From assembly GCA_963592135.1 (NCBI GenBank), contig CAVAVP010000013.1, forward strand, positions 22,115-86,114: DNA of 64,000 nucleotides, written 5' to 3'. The notes under the pieces were generated by a model that saw only the letters and a program-made list of their open reading frames with translations, did no database searches and had not been told where the DNA came from. This document shows positions 59,474-64,000 of this stretch, piece after piece; the first letter of the stretch is position 1, and each line of letters opens with the position of its first letter. The translations under genes were made by a program, and so were the position numbers. The DNA is from a bacterium. Its GTDB lineage: Bacteria; Bacillota; Clostridia; Christensenellales; UBA3700.

Positions 59474-59788
59474 TATCTACTCCAAATAATGCTTTAACAA
59501 TTTCGGCTTTTTGTTCATTTGTTAGCTTTTTCCTATTTCTAGTAACAACACTTATTGTTTCATCATAAAAATTAATATCTTTTTTAAACTTTCATAACCT
59601 TCTATTAAATCAGCAGCTTCTAAACCAAATACACACGCAATATTTGCAATAATAACGATCCTTGGTTTTAAACTTCCAGATAAATACCTGCAAAGCAATG
59701 CTTCTGAAACTCTCGATTTTCTTGATAGTTCTTTTTGATTCATACCAGAACTTCTCATTAGCTCTTTAACCTTTTCTTCAAATTTCAT
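59467..59788 (-). pseudogene. XRE-family HTH regulator, apparently truncated by a 1-nt deletion in an A-run
   Basis: The intact 78-aa ORF (59552..59788) carries the HTH MNQKELSRKSRVSEALLCRYLSG. After the A6 tract (59580-59585) another frame continues KKDINFYDETISVVTRNRKKLTNEQKAEIVKALFGVDNG. That frame's stop overlaps the next gene's start (ATGGATGA). Confidence 0.5.
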
Positions 59789-59800
59789 CTTATCCTCCTA

Positions 59801-59849
59801 GTACTTAACTCTTAAGTACAATATAGGTATGTTATTTCATAAATGAAAT
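59801..59849. promoter_or_regulatory. Palindromes in the XRE / dnaB divergent region; candidate operators
   Basis: GTACTTAA-CTC-TTAAGTAC (59801-59819) is a perfect palindrome with 8-bp arms. ATTTCAT-AA-ATGAAAT lies at 59834-59849, and ATGAAATT recurs at 59866-59873. Confidence 0.4.
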
Positions 59850-60023
59850 TACAAATATAGTGTTTATGAAATTCAAACAATATTTAAGAACAGCTTATAT
59901 AAACTTAAAATATAAAAAATTTAATCAACTTTTTAAATCCATCAATAAACATTTTACATTTTTTCTATTTTGCTTTTATGTGCGTTGTGCTATTATTGTT
60001 ATACATCTTTTTAAGGAGTCAAT

Positions 60024-61448
60024 ATGCAATTTTGTTATTATTCAAATGATAATCAAGAAAGAGGTTTTATCTCTATTGATACAGACTTCTTAAATTTGTA
60101 TATTTCAGAATGCACTGGAGAACAATTAAAGGTATATTTATTTGGACTATATCTTTGTTCTAAACCTTTATCTCAAGATAATTCTTTATCTCATATGATG
60201 TATGCTCTTAATCTTACAGAGGATCAAATCAAAGAAGCTTTTGCTTACTGGGAAAACAATAATCTCGTAGAAATTTCAAGCTACAATCCACTTCAAATTC
60301 AATACAAGTCAGCAAAAAATGCTTCTTCTAGTAAATTATACGATAAAGAAAAATATGAAGATTTTAATCTTGAAATAAATAACCTATTCCCAGAAAAAAC
60401 TTCAAATATGACTATGTACCATAAATATTATGATTTTATAGAATATAATCATATCGACCCTATAGTTATTGCTACCATTGCAGGATACTGTGTCAACAAG
60501 AAAGGCAAAAATGTGTCACAAAATTATATACTAACAGTAGCATCTTCTTGGATAAAAGACGGCATTAGATCTAGACAAGAGGTTTTAGATAGAATAGAAC
60601 AACAAGAAAGAGATTCTTCTTCCGTTAGAGAAATAGCAGGAGCTATTGGAAAAACAAGTTCAATCACGGAAGAAGATAGAGATTTTTACACAAAATGGAC
60701 AAGCACTTGGGGATTTAATCAAGAAGCAATTATTTGTGCCTGTAAAAAAAGCATGAAAAATATGGCTCAACTAGACAATGTGCTTGATGAATGCTTTAGA
60801 AATAATGCAACATCCCCTCTTGAAGTTGAGGAATATTTAAAAAATAAAAATAAATATATAAAGTACGCATGTGAATTGTGCAAACAATTAGGGCAATATT
60901 ATGCTAATGTTAATCCTATTGTTGAGGAATATATAACTCCATGGATAAACAAAGGGTACGATATAGATGGTTTAAAAATTATATCTAATTATTGTTTTAA
61001 AAATTCTCTTAAAGAATTTAAACAAATGGATAATATAATAAATGATTTATATAAAAAAGGTATCATTTTAACATCAAGCATAAAAACTTATTATGAAAAT
61101 ATTCAAAAAGAAGATTTAGATATTAAATCAATACTTGAAATATTAGGAACTTCAAGAGAAGTTCGAATGCAAGATAGAGATGCATTTAATATCTGGACTA
61201 AGGCGTGGGGATTTTCTCTAGAATATATAAAAAAGGTTGTTTCCTTATCTTTTGGTAAAGGAATGCCTGATGTTGCTAAAAAACTTTCCATTCTAAAAGA
61301 AAACAATATTGTAGATATTAATTCTATAGAAATATTCTTATCTAAAACTAGTAGCACTACCACTAAAAAAGAAAACAAAAAGATGTCTATAGATAGTTAC
61401 TCACAAACCACACTATCTCCTGATGAAATTAAAAATATTGAGGTTTAA
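60024..61448 (+). CDS. Replication initiation / membrane attachment protein (B. subtilis DnaB type, DnaD-like domains)
   Basis: The 474-aa protein has two DnaD-like C-terminal-domain repeats (DRDFYTKWTSTWGFNQEAII...; DRDAFNIWTKAWGFSLEYIK...) and YILTVASSWIKDGIRSRQEV. The SD AAGGAG precedes the ATG. Confidence 0.7.
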   Translation: MQFCYYSNDNQERGFISIDTDFLNLYISECTGEQLKVYLFGLYLCSKPLSQDNSLSHMMYALNLTEDQIKEAFAYWENNNLVEISSYNPLQIQYKSAKNASSSKLYDKEKYEDFNLEINNLFPEKTSNMTMYHKYYDFIEYNHIDPIVIATIAGYCVNKKGKNVSQNYILTVASSWIKDGIRSRQEVLDRIEQQERDSSSVREIAGAIGKTSSITEEDRDFYTKWTSTWGFNQEAIICACKKSMKNMAQLDNVLDECFRNNATSPLEVEEYLKNKNKYIKYACELCKQLGQYYANVNPIVEEYITPWINKGYDIDGLKIISNYCFKNSLKEFKQMDNIINDLYKKGIILTSSIKTYYENIQKEDLDIKSILEILGTSREVRMQDRDAFNIWTKAWGFSLEYIKKVVSLSFGKGMPDVAKKLSILKENNIVDINSIEIFLSKTSSTTTKKENKKMSIDSYSQTTLSPDEIKNIEV

Positions 61449-61451
61449 TTT

Positions 61452-62357
61452 ATGAACAAACTTGAGATAGAAGAAAAAATAAATAGCTTATACAAAGAAA
61501 AATTAGACCTCGCTAAATTTAATTATAACGATAGATTTAATAAGGCTATGCAAGATCCTACTTTTTCTACTCTTTATACAAAAAGAGCTAAGTTAATAAC
61601 GAATCAAGCATATGGAGCCAAAAACAGCAAAGAGATACAAATAGTTTCTAAGGATTTATTGGACTATATAAATAAGAACAATATAAATTTAAACATCTAT
61701 TATTCATGTCCCAAATGCAAAGATACAGGTTATTTAAATAACCATGAATGTGAATGCAGAAAGGCTCAAAGAATTAAGCTTTTAAGAGAGAATTCAAGAT
61801 TGCCGGTTTTAGCTTCAAGCGTAACTTTTAAATCTAACAAGATAGATAAAATGAATGTTATACAAAAAGATACTCTATCTTCTCTATATTCAGTTTGCCA
61901 AAATTGGGTTAATAATTTTAGTAAAACAAAAAAATCTTTAATTTGCGTATTAGGACAAGTTGGTATAGGAAAAACTACCCTTGCAGTCTCTATTGCAAAT
62001 GAGTTATTAGAAAAAGAATATAGCGTATTTTACGCCACAGCTTTTGATATAAATAACATATTTGTAGACAAAAAATTTAATAAACTTTCTAACGAATCAT
62101 TATATGATGATGCAATTTCTTCTGATTTATTAATAATAGATGACTTAGGTGTCGAAGTTAGTAATACTATTGGAAAAGAATATTTATTCAATGTAATAGA
62201 CAGCAGAACAAACAATAATCAAAAAACAATTATTTGTTCAAACTTAAATATGGAAGAAATTGAATTAAAATATGACACTAGAATTGCATCTAGATTATCT
62301 AATAAAGAAAACACAATCTCAATTGGATATATAATAGGAAATGATTTGAGAAAATAA
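61452..62357 (+). CDS. dnaI: Primosomal helicase loader DnaI (DnaC/IstB-like AAA+ ATPase)
   Basis: It has the N-terminal zinc module CPKCKDTGYLNNHECECRKA, Walker A GQVGIGKTTLA and Walker B LLIIDDLG, and is 301 aa. Confidence 0.8.
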   Translation: MNKLEIEEKINSLYKEKLDLAKFNYNDRFNKAMQDPTFSTLYTKRAKLITNQAYGAKNSKEIQIVSKDLLDYINKNNINLNIYYSCPKCKDTGYLNNHECECRKAQRIKLLRENSRLPVLASSVTFKSNKIDKMNVIQKDTLSSLYSVCQNWVNNFSKTKKSLICVLGQVGIGKTTLAVSIANELLEKEYSVFYATAFDINNIFVDKKFNKLSNESLYDDAISSDLLIIDDLGVEVSNTIGKEYLFNVIDSRTNNNQKTIICSNLNMEEIELKYDTRIASRLSNKENTISIGYIIGNDLRK

Positions 62358-62389
62358 ACTAATATGGCATAATATATTAGTAATAAAAT

Positions 62390-62465
62390 GCTGATGTGGC
62401 ACAGCAGGTAGCGCAATGCCTTGGTAAGGCATAGGTCGTCGGTTCAAGTCCGATCATCAGCTCCA
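62390..62465 (+). tRNA. tRNA-Thr (anticodon GGT) with encoded CCA
   Basis: I hand-folded it. It has acceptor GCTGATG/CATCAGC, anticodon stem ATGCC/GGCAT with loop TTGGTAA, T stem GTCGG/CCGAT with loop TTCAAGT, and is 76 nt long. Confidence 0.85.
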
Positions 62466-62469
62466 TAAA

Positions 62470-62508
62470 ACAAAGGATTGATATATTTATTCTATCCTTT
62501 GTTTTTTT
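62470..62508 (+). terminator. Intrinsic terminator after tRNA-Thr
   Basis: The 9-bp stem ACAAAGGAT/ATCCTTTGT is followed by T6. Confidence 0.75.
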
Positions 62509-62762
62509 AAGACATTTTATGTATCCTACTAAATATTGAAATCTAATTTTTGAGTCGTCCATACATTCAGCTTTAGACAATCTTCTTAACAACAAAAATA
62601 TAATATACCGCAAGCATTTATCTTATGTATTGGTAATATAGAAAGGATAAATAAAAACTATATTTACCCGTTTATATGATAATGTTTTTAACAAAAACAC
62701 CACCTATAAAAACAAAATTTGCATTAAATTTGTCTACATTAAATCTTTAAAAAAACCAAAAC

Positions 62763-63389
62763 TTATTCGCCTTTTTCATTTTTTGGTTCTACTTTTTCTA
62801 AAATTTCTTTCTTATTTTCAACCTTCTTGTTTGAGCCAATTTTCTCTATCATTGGAGATACTTTCCAAGCTAGCACACCTGCGAGTATACATAAAACTAA
62901 ATCCTTTGGTATATACAATAAATTGTATGTAACAATTGATGACCATAAGTTTGGATAATTATTAATTTTCCATAAAACAATAAAATATAGTATACCAATT
63001 AAATAATCTACAACCAAGGCAGATAATGAAGCTACTATATATCTTACTAAAGAAACCTTCTTATCTTCTCCAACAACCAAACCAGAAAGTAGCGCACCAA
63101 AAACAAAGCCAATAATATACCCAAACGAAGGTTTTACTACATATGCGATTCCTCCACCTGCTGTAAAAATAGGAATACCTACAAGTCCCATAATCAAATA
63201 TATAATCATGGCGATACTGCCTTTTTTCCATCCGATCAAAAGACCAGCCAAACTACAGAATACAGTTTGAAAAGTTAATGGTACCAGAGGGAATGGGATT
63301 TTTACAAATGCCCCTACTATCATTAATCCTACAAATATTGCTATTTCTGCTAAATCTATTGCTGCTAATTTTGTTTTTTCTTTATTCAT
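62763..63389 (-). CDS. bioY: Biotin transporter BioY (ECF S component)
   Basis: The protein contains IPFPLVPLTFQTVFCSLAGLLIGWKKG and ...GIPIFTAGGGIAYVVKPSFGYIIGF. The likely start is ATG 63389 (MNKEK). Confidence 0.85.
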   Translation of the reverse strand: MNKEKTKLAAIDLAEIAIFVGLMIVGAFVKIPFPLVPLTFQTVFCSLAGLLIGWKKGSIAMIIYLIMGLVGIPIFTAGGGIAYVVKPSFGYIIGFVFGALLSGLVVGEDKKVSLVRYIVASLSALVVDYLIGILYFIVLWKINNYPNLWSSIVTYNLLYIPKDLVLCILAGVLAWKVSPMIEKIGSNKKVENKKEILEKVEPKNEKGE

Positions 63390-63408
63390 AAATATAACTC
63401 TTAATACA

Positions 63409-63440
63409 TTGTTAACCATATTATATAAATTGGTTGACAA
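63409..63440. promoter_or_regulatory. BirA-type operator (inverted repeat) overlapping the bioY -10 region
   Basis: TTGTTAACC, a 14-nt spacer, then GGTTGACAA form an imperfect palindrome. It resembles the TGT(T/A)AAC-N-GTT(A/T)ACA biotin repressor sites described for Firmicutes. Confidence 0.55.
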
Positions 63441-63448
63441 TAATGCAA
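63420..63448 (-). promoter_or_regulatory. bioY promoter
   Basis: The minus strand reads TTGCAT, a 17-nt spacer, then TATAAT. Confidence 0.6.
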
Positions 63449-63474
63449 ATAAAATAGGCAAGATTTACTTGCCT
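63446..63474 (-). terminator. Candidate terminator after hypA
   Basis: The minus strand reads AGGCAAG-TAAAT-CTTGCCT followed by ATTTTATTT. Confidence 0.5.
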
Positions 63475-63481
63475 ACATTAT

Positions 63482-63832
63482 TTAATCTTCTATGACTTGA
63501 ACATCTTTTATAATAAATTCATTTCCCTGTTTTAAGTATGTTCTATCGCTTTTACAGTAAGGGCATATTTTTGCATACTTTACAGTTTCATATTCTCCAC
63601 CACAATTTTCACAATACGTAATAGCTGGAATGGTTTCTATTTTTAATTTACACTCTTTTAGTATTTCAGATTTTTTCACAGCCCAGTTCCAACAATCTTC
63701 AAGCAAATATGGTATTACTGCACTTACCTCTCCAAGTTGTAACGTTACCACGTCTATTCTATCTGCATTATTGGCTTTGGCTATGTCTTCCACTTTATTG
63801 ATAACATGGAAGACAACACCTAATTCATGCAT
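63482..63832 (-). CDS. hypA: Hydrogenase maturation nickel metallochaperone HypA
   Basis: The N-terminus is MHELGV (the MHE nickel site), and the zinc site is CENCG...CPYCKS. The protein is 116 aa. Confidence 0.85.
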   Translation of the reverse strand: MHELGVVFHVINKVEDIAKANNADRIDVVTLQLGEVSAVIPYLLEDCWNWAVKKSEILKECKLKIETIPAITYCENCGGEYETVKYAKICPYCKSDRTYLKQGNEFIIKDVQVIED

Positions 63833-63835
63833 TTA

Positions 63836-64000
63836 TTATTCCTCGCCCTTCTTTTTTCTCTTAAATACAGCACCTAAAGAATATGGAAGAATATATTTAA
63901 ATTTATCTTCTGTTGGTACAAGTTTAGCGTTTTCTGGATGATCTCTATATAACTTAATAGCACCAAAGTCACACTTAGTTGTACATTGTCCGCAGCCAAC
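63836..64000 (-). CDS. C-terminal fragment of a 4Fe-4S cluster-domain protein; the 5' end lies outside the window
   Basis: The open frame to the window edge ends ...VGCGQCTTKCDFGAIKLYRDHPENAKLVPTEDKFKYILPYSLGAVFKRKKKGEE. Its stop lies 3 nt before the hypA start. Confidence 0.6.
   Translation of the reverse strand, partial: VGCGQCTTKCDFGAIKLYRDHPENAKLVPTEDKFKYILPYSLGAVFKRKKKGEE

Noticed and set aside
59860-60093. The 77-aa ORF overlapping the start of the DnaD-domain gene.
   Set aside because: It is an AT-rich intergenic read-through in a different frame from the well-supported gene, which starts at 60024 with an AAGGAG SD.
59467-62510. The combination of an XRE gene, DnaD-like and DnaC/IstB-like genes, and a tRNA might be a prophage or ICE replication module integrated at a tRNA.
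   Set aside because: The 474-aa and 301-aa proteins match the size and architecture of the chromosomal B. subtilis-type DnaB and DnaI pair. I saw no integrase, no direct repeat of the tRNA 3' end, and no phage structural genes. The tRNA is followed by a normal terminator.
62219-62613. Minus-strand ORFs 62219..62416 and 62377..62613.
   Set aside because: They overlap the dnaI 3' end and the tRNA-Thr gene, and their translations look like tRNA or terminator antisense artefacts.

Overview
This is a low-GC (roughly 30% by eye) Bacillota-type chromosomal segment read with the standard bacterial code, and about 90% of genes lie on the minus strand. The core content is a complete S10-spc-alpha ribosomal supercluster running from rpsJ at 44936 down to rplQ at 29353. 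It includes secY-adk-map-infA and two small genes missing from the ORF track, rpmD and rpmJ. Other core genes are rpsT, holA-ppa, cdaA, aspartokinase, gdhA, malQ, a GH38 mannosidase, an ABC-F ATPase, lysS-greA, decarboxylase-tmk-holB-ricT and a DnaD-domain DnaB plus DnaI pair. Also present are bioY (consensus promoter overlapped by a BirA-type inverted repeat), hypA, an untracked 2x[4Fe-4S] ferredoxin, tRNA-Leu(CAA) and tRNA-Thr(GGU). I saw no rRNA, CRISPR array, transposase or integrase. Nothing here is demonstrably a new system. The candidates I rank highest for follow-up are: (1) a stand-alone XRE / ImmA-protease / DUF4417-like three-gene module just downstream of the alpha operon; (2) a 474-nt intergenic region holding a strong-SD 23-codon hydrophobic ORF between duplicated terminator-like hairpins; (3) an RpoA-alphaCTD-like domain fused to WG repeats; (4) a five-gene overlapping operon (PH-like membrane protein, secreted protein, ABC ATPase, two large permeases); (5) a YdjI-like SPFH protein with a double zinc-ribbon membrane partner; (6) a ribosomal protein uL24 carrying an apparent CxxC...CxxC zinc ribbon. 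Four loci carry disruptions: one in-frame TAA and four 1-nt homopolymer frameshifts. These point to either gene decay or homopolymer sequencing error. All domain assignments come from motif recognition by eye, and no searches were run.
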